Shown piece after piece: positions 1 through 10,439 of a stretch of 64,000 bases of DNA. A program made the position numbers and the translations under genes. The DNA comes from an uncultured Planctomycetota bacterium. GTDB lineage: Bacteria > Planctomycetota > Planctomycetia > Isosphaerales > Isosphaeraceae. Below the pieces are notes generated by a model that worked only from the letters and a program-made list of their open reading frames with translations, did not search any database and was not told the DNA's origin. The number at the start of each line of letters is the position of its first letter. Position 1 is the first letter of the stretch. The DNA lies in contig CAWGMQ010000010.1 in assembly GCA_963823665.1 (NCBI GenBank), positions 1,312,001 through 1,376,000 of the forward strand. Direction: 5' to 3'.

Positions 1-668
1 CATGATGTCCCGAAGTACCAGCTTCGCACCTGACCCTGGACAACAAACGCAACCAGCCACACGAGAACCATCGTCAATCGGCCCGTGAACAACGCATGGA
101 CGATGATGCCCGTCGCCAGCACGAAGCCGGGCAGCGCCCAGTGCCACATCCCGGTCAGGTTCTCCGTGAAGTGATACGGTGGTGCCACTCCGATCGACGG
201 GAACAAAAGCAATGTGGCCACAATCCCAATGTTTGACGGGTTGAAGATGTGCTGCGTTTTGCCGTCACCCACAGGTGCACGGAAAATCACCTTCGAGCAA
301 ATGGCGACGCCGACGCCGAATATGATCGGCATCAGCCTCTCGTTGGGAAACAGAAGCATCGTGACTGCCAGGCCCGGGATGATGGCAGGCGGCAGAAAGT
401 TGATGAGGTCCCCCCACGAGCCGGCGAACCGCAGCTTGCGGTTGGCCGCTCGCGCGTCGATCCACTCCAGCAGGAATTGGAGGCCGATCGCCGTCGCTAG
501 CCCGACGAGCGGTTGGATATGCGACTGCTCGAAGCCGAGAAACACATGGCCGACGATGTTCCAGACAACGAGTAATAAGGTGAAGTACCAAAGGGCGAAA
601 TATCGACGCAAGGCGCTGCGCTTGGGGTAGAACTGCAGCGTGGTTATCGCGTCGGCCGTTGTCGTCAT
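1..668 (-). CDS. unbU: UnbU/E5-like enediyne-cassette membrane protein (runs off left edge)
   Basis: Hand translation from ATG 668, which overlaps the unbV stop (ATGA): MTTTTADAITTLQFYPKRSALRRYFALWYFTLLLVVWNIVGHVFLGFEQS...HIFNPSNIGI...APPYHFTENL. Multi-TM with UnbU-type motifs; not in the ORF track because it has no stop in the window. Confidence 0.8.
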   Translation of the reverse strand, partial: MTTTADAITTLQFYPKRSALRRYFALWYFTLLLVVWNIVGHVFLGFEQSHIQPLVGLATAIGLQFLLEWIDARAANRKLRFAGSWGDLINFLPPAIIPGLAVTMLLFPNERLMPIIFGVGVAICSKVIFRAPVGDGKTQHIFNPSNIGIVATLLLFPSIGVAPPYHFTENLTGMWHWALPGFVLATGIIVHALFTGRLTMVLVWLVAFVVQGQVRSWYFGTS

Positions 669-2665
669 CAAAGCGCTCTCTTCCCGTCTGCCGGCCAACC
701 GAGTCGGATCGTGTGCCAACCCGCCTTCAATTGAAAAGTCTCCTCATGCGGGTTGCCGTCGGGATCCCGCCAGCGAATCACGACGGGAGCTTCGGCGATT
801 GTACCGAGCCCCAGATGAACATCCGGGGCACGTTTTCCGGCATAGCCGCTTCCGCCGTCGACCTGGGCCACCCGCTTTTGCCCCTCCGGCAACTGGATGG
901 CCACTGCGGCGCCGATGGCCGGCCGGCCCGGGATTTCCCCGGCTGGATGACCGATACCCGGTAGGGCGAGCGTTGCCTTTCCCTTTTCCAGAGGGAGCAA
1001 CAGGTGCAGCCCCATGAAGTTGCCGGGCTTGGGACACTCGTTGTGGTAGAAGTAAGACGGCTGCCATTGATTCGCAACGGCGAAATCGAGCCGCCCGTCG
1101 CCATCGACGTCGGCCAGCGAGATTCCGCGCGTCACCATCGCCTCGGACATCGACTGACCGTCCTGCAACATCAGTTTAGGGGCCACGTCGTAATACCGGC
1201 CGTCCCTGGCCCTGACGAAGAAGGCAAAGGTGTCATGGCCGCTGACGTCGTCGCCAGGCTGAAGGCTCGGCCAGAACTTGGGATTGTGCAAGAGCTGGTT
1301 GTTGCTGGTGCCAAGGCTTTGCAGTTCGGGCCACTTGTTGATTCGCCCTTTGAGGAAGCCATTCGCCTGAAGCGCCTCGAGGACGCCGTCGTTGTTCAAA
1401 TCCGCCAGCCGGCAGTCCCACGACCAGCCACTGCGTGACAGCCCCAGTTCTTCGCTGGCTTGCCGGAACGGCGCGATCCCGTCGTGCATACGCGCTGTCT
1501 CGCCGGTGTTCAGCCACAGGAAATGGCTCTCGGTGAGGGCCCACCTGGACGTCAGATTGCTCACGTAGATATCCAGCAGTCCATCGCCGTTTATGTCGCC
1601 GAAGTCCACGCCCATACCTTTGAAAGAGTCCTGATTGATGACGCACGAGGCCGGCGTGCCCATCGTGCGCTCTCCCTGCAAGGCCACGAACTGAAAGTAA
1701 CCGGGGGTCGAGCGATTGTGCAGCAGGCGGTCAGGGCCGAAGTCGTTGGAAACGTAGATTTCCGGCAGCAAGTCACCGTCGAGATCAGCGGGCCCGATTG
1801 CAAAGCTCCAGCCGTGGGTCAGTTCCTCGGCGATCGCATCCTTCTGCTGGTCGAAGCGGACCGTCGGATGCCGGCCCGCGGTCGAGCTCACGAACCGGAA
1901 AAATCGGAGACCACCGCCGTTGCCGGACCTCGCCAGCGAGTCGTGCAAGGTTTCGTACCCCTGGGCATTCTCGTCGAACATTCGAGAGCCGTCAGGGAGG
2001 TAGTTGCCGATGATCAGATCGAGGTGCCCGTTGCCATCGAGGTCGGCCGCAGCCGCCGTTGAGGAGTACCAGCGGTCGCCCCCCTTGATCAGCTCCTGCG
2101 ATTCGAACTCGGCGGCCGAGGGCGGCGTCTTCGAGTCGGCCGGCGTTCTGCGCAGATAAACGATCGGGCTACGGCCCCACAGGACGACGAGCACGTCCAG
2201 GAGACCGTCCTCATTCAAGTCGGCGATCAGGGAGCTCTGAGGGCACATCGTCGCCGGGTTCCAGTTGGGGAACGACGATCCGGGGTCGAGTGCGAATGTT
2301 TCGTAACGCGCCCCGGTACCAGGCACAGGACCGCATATGACCTGGTCAGTGCGTGGATCGACCCAGACGACGTCGTTTTGCAGTCCGTCGCCGTCCAGAT
2401 CGCCCAGCGCCACACCGGCCCCGAGTGAGGACAAGTATGCTCGGATGTGCTGCACGCTGGGGTGCACCTTGCGGACGTACTTGTACGGCGGGTGGTTGGC
2501 CACTTCGGGCAACGGCGTTCGCGTAAACCGGAAGTTGTTGACGGCCGCTTCTGACTCGGTCCTCGAGAGCGCCCGCTCGCGAGTCATTACGTACAGGCTG
2601 ATGACAATCACCGCCGACACGAGCAAGGTGGCTCGGCGCCGCACCGATCCAGGCGGTCGGTTCAT
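668..2665 (-). CDS. unbV: ASPIC/UnbV (CRTAC1-like) FG-GAP repeat protein, enediyne E4-like
   Basis: Repeated GDLDGDG/ADLNEDG FG-GAP motifs; C-terminal AIGAAV...QVDGGSGYAGKR..VHLGLG ASPIC/UnbV domain; N-terminal hydrophobic stretch; GAGGAG RBS before ATG 2665. Confidence 0.85.
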   Translation of the reverse strand: MNRPPGSVRRRATLLVSAVIVISLYVMTRERALSRTESEAAVNNFRFTRTPLPEVANHPPYKYVRKVHPSVQHIRAYLSSLGAGVALGDLDGDGLQNDVVWVDPRTDQVICGPVPGTGARYETFALDPGSSFPNWNPATMCPQSSLIADLNEDGLLDVLVVLWGRSPIVYLRRTPADSKTPPSAAEFESQELIKGGDRWYSSTAAAADLDGNGHLDLIIGNYLPDGSRMFDENAQGYETLHDSLARSGNGGGLRFFRFVSSTAGRHPTVRFDQQKDAIAEELTHGWSFAIGPADLDGDLLPEIYVSNDFGPDRLLHNRSTPGYFQFVALQGERTMGTPASCVINQDSFKGMGVDFGDINGDGLLDIYVSNLTSRWALTESHFLWLNTGETARMHDGIAPFRQASEELGLSRSGWSWDCRLADLNNDGVLEALQANGFLKGRINKWPELQSLGTSNNQLLHNPKFWPSLQPGDDVSGHDTFAFFVRARDGRYYDVAPKLMLQDGQSMSEAMVTRGISLADVDGDGRLDFAVANQWQPSYFYHNECPKPGNFMGLHLLLPLEKGKATLALPGIGHPAGEIPGRPAIGAAVAIQLPEGQKRVAQVDGGSGYAGKRAPDVHLGLGTIAEAPVVIRWRDPDGNPHEETFQLKAGWHTIRLGWPADGKRAL

Positions 2666-3095
2666 CGTGCAAGCTCCTCTCTCAATCGCCCCGGCACGCT
2701 GCCGCAGCTTGCGAGCGAAGACGGACCCTTGTTCGAGGTGGGAGAACCCCACCTTCAAACGCGAAGCCCCGAATAGGATCAGTTTAATCCACGCTGGTTC
2801 GCGTCACAAGCAAAACGATGGGGACATCACCTGCGCTGTCGATGGGCTCGAACACAAGACTGAATCTCTCCGAGAGCGAAAGCCATTCGTCCGACACTCC
2901 GACGCGTTCTTCGACTCTGCCAGACCGGCTCGAATCGCTTGCAATCCATCTTGAGTCACGTCTATGATAATGGCTGGAGTGCGCTCCTCAAGGCGGGCGG
3001 CGCATCCAAGTCATGATGGCCCTATCGCTCGGAAACCCGGCGATAGGGCTTTTTTGTTTTCCTCGCAGGCAACTCCGTGCTGATCGGAACCGCCA

Positions 3096-4598
3096 ATGTC
3101 GGCTCTCGAAACCAACGTTCGCCGGTGCTCGGCCATCTCGCAATCGCTCCCACAGTTCGCCTCGGCCCGGGCTCGCCGCTCCCGGCGGCGGCAGAGCATC
3201 AGCCTGGAATGCCTCGAAGACCGCACCGCGCTTTCCAGCTTCAATCTGCCGGTCACATCGCTCGCCGATACCGGGCCGGGCACGCTGCGCTCGGCGATCT
3301 CCCAGGCCGACGTTGGCTCCGCCGCGCGAACCTACAACATCAAGTTCAAGGTGACCGGTACGATCACGCTGGAAAGCGCCTTGCCGGATCTGAGCAAGAG
3401 CATGAACTTGAGCGGTCCCGGCGCGAGCCGGCTTACGGTGCGACGCGATGGCAAGGCTTCCTCCTTCTTCGGCATCTTCGCAGTGGATTCAGGTGTGGAC
3501 GTCAAGATTTCTGGCATGACGATCACTGATGGATTCGCAATATACCCTGCTTCAGGCACCGGCATCGATAACGCTGGCACCCTCTCCATCAGTCACACCA
3601 CCATTTCGGACAACGAAGGCGGTGGCGGCATCCACAACATCGGAACCCTCGCCGTCAGTCACAGCACCATCACCCAGAATTCGGACGCTGACGGCGGCGG
3701 CATCTTCGACACCGGTACGCTCACCGTCAGCCTCACGACCATTTTCCACAACTCCGCCGGCGGCAATGGCGGCGCCATCGACAACACCGGATCGCTCACT
3801 GTCAATCGCTCGACCATCTTCTCCAACCAGGTCGGCTCAGGGATCATCGGGCCCGAGCCGATCTATCCCGAGGGCGGCGGTATCTATAACGACTCCAATG
3901 GCACGGTCGTCTTGAGCCGCACGACCGTCTCCCGCAACGCCGCCTACCGGGGCGCCGGCATCTTCAACAACGGGAACTTCACCGCCAACCTGGCGACGAT
4001 CTCCGGCAACTCGGCCGACGACTCCGGCGGCGGAGTCAGCAATTCTAGAACCTTCATCGTCAACCAAACGACAATCTCCGGCAACACGGCCATCACTTCC
4101 GGTGACGGCATCAACAACTCCGGGTCGCTCACCGTCAGCCACAGCACGATCTCACGCAACACCGGCGGCGATGGAAGCATGGGCGGCGGCATCAATAACT
4201 CCGGGTCGCTCATCCTCAGCCACAGCACGATCTCACGCAACACCGGAGCAGTCGGCAGCACGGGCGGCGGCATCAATAACTCCGGATCACTGACCCTGAG
4301 CGACACCAGTGTCTCGGGCAACACCGAAGGCGCCGGCAGCACCGGCGGCGGAATCAACAACTCCGGGCCGCTCACCATCAGCTCGAGCACCATCTCGCGC
4401 AACTCCGCGACCACCGGCGGCGGCCTGTATAACAGCCTGGGAGCCCAGGCGGTAGTCGACTTCTCGACGATTAACGACCCCGACGGGGGAGGAATCGTGA
4501 ACAACGCCGCCGCGATCGTGAATAAAGGCAGCACCGTCCGCCTCAAGAAGACGGTGGTGGACGGCGTTTCCTACAACCAATTCCAGTACGGACCTTGA
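3096..4598 (+). CDS. Planctomycete extracellular protein with PMP-like beta-helix repeats
   Basis: SLECLEDRTALS motif, VTSLADTGPGTLRSAI, many GGGIxNxGxLTxxxSTIxxN repeats. Confidence 0.85.
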   Translation: MSALETNVRRCSAISQSLPQFASARARRSRRRQSISLECLEDRTALSSFNLPVTSLADTGPGTLRSAISQADVGSAARTYNIKFKVTGTITLESALPDLSKSMNLSGPGASRLTVRRDGKASSFFGIFAVDSGVDVKISGMTITDGFAIYPASGTGIDNAGTLSISHTTISDNEGGGGIHNIGTLAVSHSTITQNSDADGGGIFDTGTLTVSLTTIFHNSAGGNGGAIDNTGSLTVNRSTIFSNQVGSGIIGPEPIYPEGGGIYNDSNGTVVLSRTTVSRNAAYRGAGIFNNGNFTANLATISGNSADDSGGGVSNSRTFIVNQTTISGNTAITSGDGINNSGSLTVSHSTISRNTGGDGSMGGGINNSGSLILSHSTISRNTGAVGSTGGGINNSGSLTLSDTSVSGNTEGAGSTGGGINNSGPLTISSSTISRNSATTGGGLYNSLGAQAVVDFSTINDPDGGGIVNNAAAIVNKGSTVRLKKTVVDGVSYNQFQYGP

Positions 4599-4645
4599 TC
4601 CCCAGCTTTGTTTACCTTGCAGGCACTTGCCAATCGGAACCCGCA

Positions 4646-6477
4646 ATGTCGATTCTAAGCGCCATCGTAGGTCGGTGCTCCACGATCCCGCGATCGCTTT
4701 CGCAGCTCCCACGAGACCGGAATCCTCGCCCGGTGCGGCGACTGAGCAAGAGCCTCGAGCAACTCGAGTGCCGCGTCGTGCCTTCAACGATCCTGGTCAC
4801 GAACTTGCTCGACTCGGGTCAAGGCTCGCTCCGGGCCGCTGTCGAAAAAGCAAACCCGGGCGCGAGCCATTCGGGGGGGCAAACGCATTCGTATACAATC
4901 AAGTTCGGACACTCCGTGAGAGGGACGATCCTCTTGGCGAGTCCAATGCCCGTCCTTTTGACCCGTATTGTGATCGCCGGGCCAGGGCCCTCCATGCTGA
5001 CGGTCGCCCGCAGTGATGCCTCGGGGACCGGTCAGTTCCGACCCTTCACCGTCGGGACAGGCGCCAGGATCGCGATGAGCGGACTGACCATCGCCGGCGG
5101 GCTTACCGTCGACGGAGCCGGTATCAACAACGCCGGTACACTATCACTCAAAAACATGTGGATCACAGGCAACTCCGCGGTCAACAATTTCGCCCCGGGT
5201 GTCACGGCTGGCGGCGGCATCTACAACACAGGCACGCTTTCCATCAACAACTCCAGATTCGCAAACAACACGACGACTGGCGCCAGCGCCCACCTTTCCG
5301 GCGACCCGGCTTCTGGCGGTGCCATCTGGAACTCCGGCAGGCTCTCGATAAAGAGCTCCACTTTCGTGGGCAATACAGCCACGGCCGGGGAAGGCGACCT
5401 GGGCGGCGGCTTGGCCCGTGGGGGCGCAATCGAGAACGCCGACGGCGGCCGGCTGTCAATCACCGGCGACTCCACGTTCATCAGCAACTCGGCCTTCGGC
5501 GAAGCCGGCGGCGGCGGCAACGCCGAGGGAGGTGCGATCGATAACTCCAATACGCTCTCGATCCAGGGCGCCGCGTTCAGCCTCAACTCCGCCACTGGCG
5601 GTTCCCAAGGTTCGCCATTCTCCGGCGAAGGTGAAGGCGGTGCAATCGAAAGCGGCCCCAACTTCTCGATCAGCAGCTCCACATTCAACGGCAACTCGGC
5701 CACAGGTGATAACGCCTATGGTGGCGCGATCCACATGGCCGGCAATCTCACGGTCACCAGGTCCACGTTCAGTGGCAACGCTGCGAGGAGCACGAACGGG
5801 AGTTTCGGCGGCGCAATCTACGTCCAGGCTATTCTCCCGGGCATACTCTCGGTCACCGGCTCCACGTTCAGCGGCAACATGGCCACGGGCGATTCCTTCA
5901 ATGTCGGCGGTGCGATCTTCAACCAAGGCACAGTCTCCGCGACCAACTCCACCTTCAACGGCAATTCGGCCGCGGCCGCTCCATACAGTTTCGGCGGCGC
6001 CATCGCTGCCGCGGGCGTGCTGCGCTCTCTTACGTCACGGTCGACAATAACTCCGCCGACACTGGCGGTGGCGTCGCAACGATCTTCGGGGCTCCAGCCG
6101 CGGGCACTTCGATCGATAGCATCTTTCAGAATTCGCAGGGCGGAAACGTCTCCGTCGTCAAAGGCAGCTTCTCATCGTTAGGCCACAATCTCTTTTCAGA
6201 CGCTCCCAGCATCAGCCTGAACCCCACCGACCTCGTCAACACCGACCCGTTGCTTGGTCCGCTCGCCAGCAACGGCGGGCCTACCCAGACTCAGGCCCTG
6301 GCCCCCGGCAGCCCCGCGATCAAGAAGGGAATTGCCGTTGCCCGCATCACAACCGACCAACGGGGAAAGCCCCGGCCACGGCATGGAGCCACGGACATCG
6401 GCGCATTTCAGGTGCAACGCACGAGGACGACGCCTTCCGATCGGTCACGTTTCGGGTCGCCACCGCCTCTGACATGA
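4646..6477 (+). CDS. Paralogous PMP-like beta-helix extracellular protein with choice-of-anchor-Q-like C-terminus (frameshift ~6022)
   Basis: SLEQLECRVVPS, VTNLLDSGQGSLRAAV and GGAI repeats; continues in another frame LSYVTVDNNSADTGGG...DPLLGPLASNGGPTQTQALAPGSPAI...DIGAFQ to the stop at 6477. Confidence 0.8.
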
Positions 6478-6530
6478 CGACCATGCCAAAACGGCTAGCC
6501 CGAAAGTTCGAGTTCCTGCTTATTCGTAGC

Positions 6531-7669
6531 TCACGTCGCCGATCCAACCGGAGCGATGCTCTCCACCAGCTCTGCGCGGTGGTTCTGCTTTTTCTGGTGA
6601 GTGAGAATCGTGAGGCCCATCTTCACCTTGTCCGTGATGGTCTTCTGCGATAGGCACGTGTACAGGCAAAGGCGGTCGCATTCCACCGTCTGGCGGCGTA
6701 TCTCCTGCGCCTTCGGCCCGTACCAGATCTCCCGGGCCGATTTTTCCTTGATGTTGCCGATCGATGGATAAAAAAAGCAGACTTCGATCTCGCCGTCGGT
6801 CTTGATAAAGAAATCGCGCATGCCGACCCGGCAGGGCATCACCTCAGGCGGTGCGGCCTCTTCGCGGAAGTGCCGCACAATCAGCCCGATCACCATCTCC
6901 GAGTTCATGATCGGCTCGCCGCTGCGCTTCAGCTCGAGCATCTTGTCGACGACTTTCTGAAGCTCCGCGTGCTCGTCTTGCTCGATCCAGAGCTCGTTAT
7001 ACGTTTCCGGCGTCCAGCGATCCATGGGCTGGAAGTTCGAGCGCCGTGGCGCCGACTTCCTTCACCCATTGCACCATGTCCGGCAGGTACTTGTAGTTCT
7101 TCTTGCCGATGGTCGGCTTGATGATGATCGGAAAGTCGAGCCCGCGCTTGTCGCGCTCTTCACGCACGTATTTGATTCCGTCGGAGAGCTTCTGGAATAG
7201 CCCCGGCCACCCTCGAAGGTAGTCGTGCAGATCGGCGTTGGGGGCGTCAACCGATACGTTCAAGTTCCACGGGTGCGCCTCGACGAATTTGATCGCATTC
7301 TTGCGATTGAGTGCCGACCCGTTCGTTGTCACTCCGGAGTGAATCCCGTTCTGATGGCAGAACGCCATGATGTCGATGAACCCGGGCTTGATGAACGGCT
7401 CGCCGCCGCTGAAGCTGATCGAATACGTGCCCACGAAGTCCTTGATGTAGCAGGAGCGCCCTCTGCCAGTCCTCGATGGACATCTCGTCGCGATATTTCG
7501 GTAGCCGCCAGTACTCGCAGTACCGGCACTTCACGTTGCAGTGCTCGTTCACGATTGCGTAGAACGTTACAGGCTTCGTGTAGTCATGGCCGGAATGAAT
7601 GTACAGCTCTTCGGCGAAGTGGTTGTATGTGTGTTTGAAAGCCAGTTGGGCAAGCGTCGAAGTCTTCAT
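6531..7669 (-). CDS. Radical SAM protein with SPASM/twitch C-terminus (two frameshifts, ~7445 and ~7030)
   Basis: CNVKCRYC (CxxxCxxC), FSGGEP and TTNG motifs, and C-terminal CRVG...DGEIEVC...IGNI...ECDRLC, spread over three overlapping frames. Confidence 0.85.
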
Positions 7670-7963
7670 AGCGGTTCCCAGGTGCGTCGCGCTCTGCGGT
7701 AAGTACAAATAGGCACAAGAACCGTAGCAGAACGCGCGCGTCGCGATCAAACAAATTTGGGCGAATGTCGCCAGAAACGAACATGGCCATGCCGGTCGCG
7801 CTAAGGGCAGACTTTCCAAGGACGCGCCCGACCTTGCCGCTCATGGCTTGACCACCGGCGCTCGATGGCGTTAACGTGTTGTCTGTCTTCAGCCTCGGGA
7901 GTCGGGGACACCGCCTGCCTGAAAACAAATATTGGTGCGCTTCACATTGGGGAGTTCCAGCCG

Positions 7964-9487
7964 ATGAAAGACAGTCCCAAGGTCAGTCGTCGCGGCTTCA
8001 TCGAGACAGCGGGTGTCGCGACCGGTGCCCTCGTCGCCGGCGGAGCATTCCCTCACCCGGCCATCGGCGCCGGGGTCAAAGGCGCCAATGAGAAGATCAA
8101 CATCGCGGTCTTGGGCTCGGGCGGCCGTGCGCAGGAGCACTTGCGAATCCTCCTGAAAATGAAGAACAAGGAGCAGAAGCTCGTCGACTTGATCGGCATC
8201 TGCGACGTGTGGGACGGCAACAAGGATGTCGGCCGCGGGTTGTACTATTCGGCCGAAAAATGCGGCCTCGACGCCCAGGGCAAAGACAAGGATCGCATCA
8301 CCAAGGACTACCGCAAGATCCTCGAGTGCAAGGACGTCGACGCAGTCCTGATCGCCACGCCCGACCACTGGCACGCCAAGATGTCGGTTGACGCCATGGA
8401 GGCCGGCAAGGACGTCTACTGCGAAAAACCGATGACGCACACGATTGACGAAGCCCACCAGGTCGCCGGCGCCGTCAAGCGCACCAAGCAGGTCTTCACC
8501 GTCGGTGTGCAGTCAACGGCTGATCCCCGCTGGCGCATGGCGAACCAGATGATCACCGACGGAAAGATCGGCCACGTCATGCAGGGCCAGACCAGCTACT
8601 ACCGCAACAGCGACGGCGGCCAGTGGCGCTATTACGCCCTCAGCAAGGATATGAACCCCAAGACCGTCGACTGGAAGATGTTTCTGGGGACGGATTTCGG
8701 CCTCGCGCCCACGATGCCGTTCAACCGCGCCAAGTACGCCCAGTGGCGCTGTTACTGGGATTTCGGCGGCGGCATGTACACCGACCTCTTCGTCCACCAG
8801 CTCACGCACTTGATCCAGGCGATGGGCGTCCGGTTCCCGAAGCGCGTCGTCGGGGCAGGTGGATTGTACATGGAATATGACGGCCGCGACGTTCCCGACA
8901 TGGCGACGGTCGTTGCCGACTACGACGAAGGCTGCCAGGTCTTGATCTCAGCCACCATGTGCAATGACGTCCAGTTGGGTGAGGTCATCCGTGGCCACAC
9001 CGGCAATATCCGCTTCCACGGAGACCCCGGCGGAGGCTTCGTCGTTGGAACACAGGATCACGCCCTCAAAGGCAAACCCGCGCCCGCCGGCGGCAACCTC
9101 GGTATGGAGGGCGAAAAGTTCGCACCGCCGCAGCCCAAGGAAGACACCTATGCCCTCTGGGAGCACTTCCTCGAATGCTGCCGCTCGCGCAACCCAGAAA
9201 CGCTCTGTCCGGCCGAGCTGGGCTACGCCGCGATCACGACGGTGAACCTGGGCGTCAAGTCGTACCGCGAAGGCAAGGCCTATTACTTCGACAAAGAGAC
9301 CGGCAAGGTCACCGACGCCGACGAGAGCTGGGCCAAGCGCTGGGAAGAGGTCAGCCACAAGCGGGGCAAGCCCAACCAGGTAGCCGGCTGGAAGGCCGGG
9401 GAAACAGGATCGCTGCTCAACCTCCCCGACTATCAAAAGCTGGAAGGCGACTGGGTAGACGGCCAGGACCCCGCCGCAAACGCGTGA
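7964..9487 (+). CDS. Tat-exported Gfo/Idh/MocA oxidoreductase
   Basis: SRRGFIE twin-arginine signal; IATPDHWH; GKDVYCEKP; WRCYWDFGGG. Confidence 0.92.
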   Translation: MKDSPKVSRRGFIETAGVATGALVAGGAFPHPAIGAGVKGANEKINIAVLGSGGRAQEHLRILLKMKNKEQKLVDLIGICDVWDGNKDVGRGLYYSAEKCGLDAQGKDKDRITKDYRKILECKDVDAVLIATPDHWHAKMSVDAMEAGKDVYCEKPMTHTIDEAHQVAGAVKRTKQVFTVGVQSTADPRWRMANQMITDGKIGHVMQGQTSYYRNSDGGQWRYYALSKDMNPKTVDWKMFLGTDFGLAPTMPFNRAKYAQWRCYWDFGGGMYTDLFVHQLTHLIQAMGVRFPKRVVGAGGLYMEYDGRDVPDMATVVADYDEGCQVLISATMCNDVQLGEVIRGHTGNIRFHGDPGGGFVVGTQDHALKGKPAPAGGNLGMEGEKFAPPQPKEDTYALWEHFLECCRSRNPETLCPAELGYAAITTVNLGVKSYREGKAYYFDKETGKVTDADESWAKRWEEVSHKRGKPNQVAGWKAGETGSLLNLPDYQKLEGDWVDGQDPAANA

Positions 9488-9636
9488 GCCAGTAGTAAGC
9501 CCACGCCTGCCCCAGAGGGGCGGGCCCGCGTTTAACCCCCCGAACCAACCCTCTCCCCCCCGGGGAGAGCGTGGCCGAAGGCCGGGTGACGGGGCGCGCT
9601 CGCGGACGACCCCCCGAACCCCGCTCCTGCGACACC

Positions 9637-9748
9637 CCGTTGGGCGCGGGTCTCCGGGCACCCGAAGCGTCGCCGCTCTCCCCGCGACCGAGGTCTCCGT
9701 TGGGCGCGGGTCTCCCGACCCCGCCCCTCCCCGCGACCGAAGGTCTCC
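9637..9748. repeat. Intergenic GC-rich repeat cluster
   Basis: ccgttgggcgcgggtctcc at 9637-9655 and 9697-9715 (60-bp spacing); ctccccgcgaccga at ~9678 and ~9727. Confidence 0.7.
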
Positions 9749-9779
9749 AAGTCGGGCGCGGGTTCGCCGATCGTTCAGT

Positions 9780-9883
9780 GTAGCAGGCACACTCCGTGTG
9801 CCGTCCGCCATATTCGCGGCTCATGCGCCACCAGCGCCGCAACGGTCTTGCTGTAGCAGGCACACGCCGTGTGCCGTCCGCCA
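9780..9883 (+). repeat. Two GTAG-type REP-like hairpins
   Basis: GTAGCAGGCACAC(t/g)CCGTGTGCCGTCCGCCA at 9780-9810 and 9853-9883; GGCACAC/GTGTGCC stem. Confidence 0.75.
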
Positions 9884-9940
9884 ATTTAACGGCAACGCGA
9901 ACACTATCCCACGCCCGTCGCCTCCTTCCGCGAACGCCCC

Positions 9941-10439
9941 TCACTTCGCATTCGCCTCCGCGACTCGTTCCCGCCAGAACTTTTCCGCGAGCAAGTGATA
10001 GCGCAGCACTTCATCCCCACCAAGCGAGCCGGTCCTCATCACTTCCTCCACGCGAACAGTACGCTTCACTTGACCATTCTCAACTATTTCCACGAATCGC
10101 ACCGGGTCCTGTGTCGTCAGCCGTGCCTCGAGCTTGAGCTTGATCTCTTCCCCCTCGCCTGCCTTGAACACGTGCCCGGGTCGTGTACTTGCCAGCCGTC
10201 AATTCGACCCTCGCCGTCCCCGGCGAAACGAAGTGATCAAACCAGAACGGCAGATCGCCCGCCCGCTTCGCCTGCCCCGTCGAATCCTTGACGTGAATCC
10301 GGCAGGGCAGTAGCTTTCCGCTCCCCTTTTCGCGAACGGTGATCTCCACAAGAGCGTCGTCCGCCGATGCTCGGCTCGCGGTACCCGAGAGGAGAAACAG
10401 AAGTGCAAGTACCATTCGAAAAGTAGGCGGTCGCTTCAT
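9941..10439 (-). pseudogene. Internally deleted secreted protein (CehA/McbA-like metallohydrolase remnant)
   Basis: Signal peptide plus LPCRIHVKD...PFWFDHFVSPG...GKY jumps at ~10180, in another frame, to PGHVFK...DPVRFVEIVENG. Family assignment is from recalled motifs. Confidence 0.5.

Noticed and set aside
9637..9883. Spaced repeats as a CRISPR array
   Set aside because: Only two copies per motif, irregular spacing and no cas genes.
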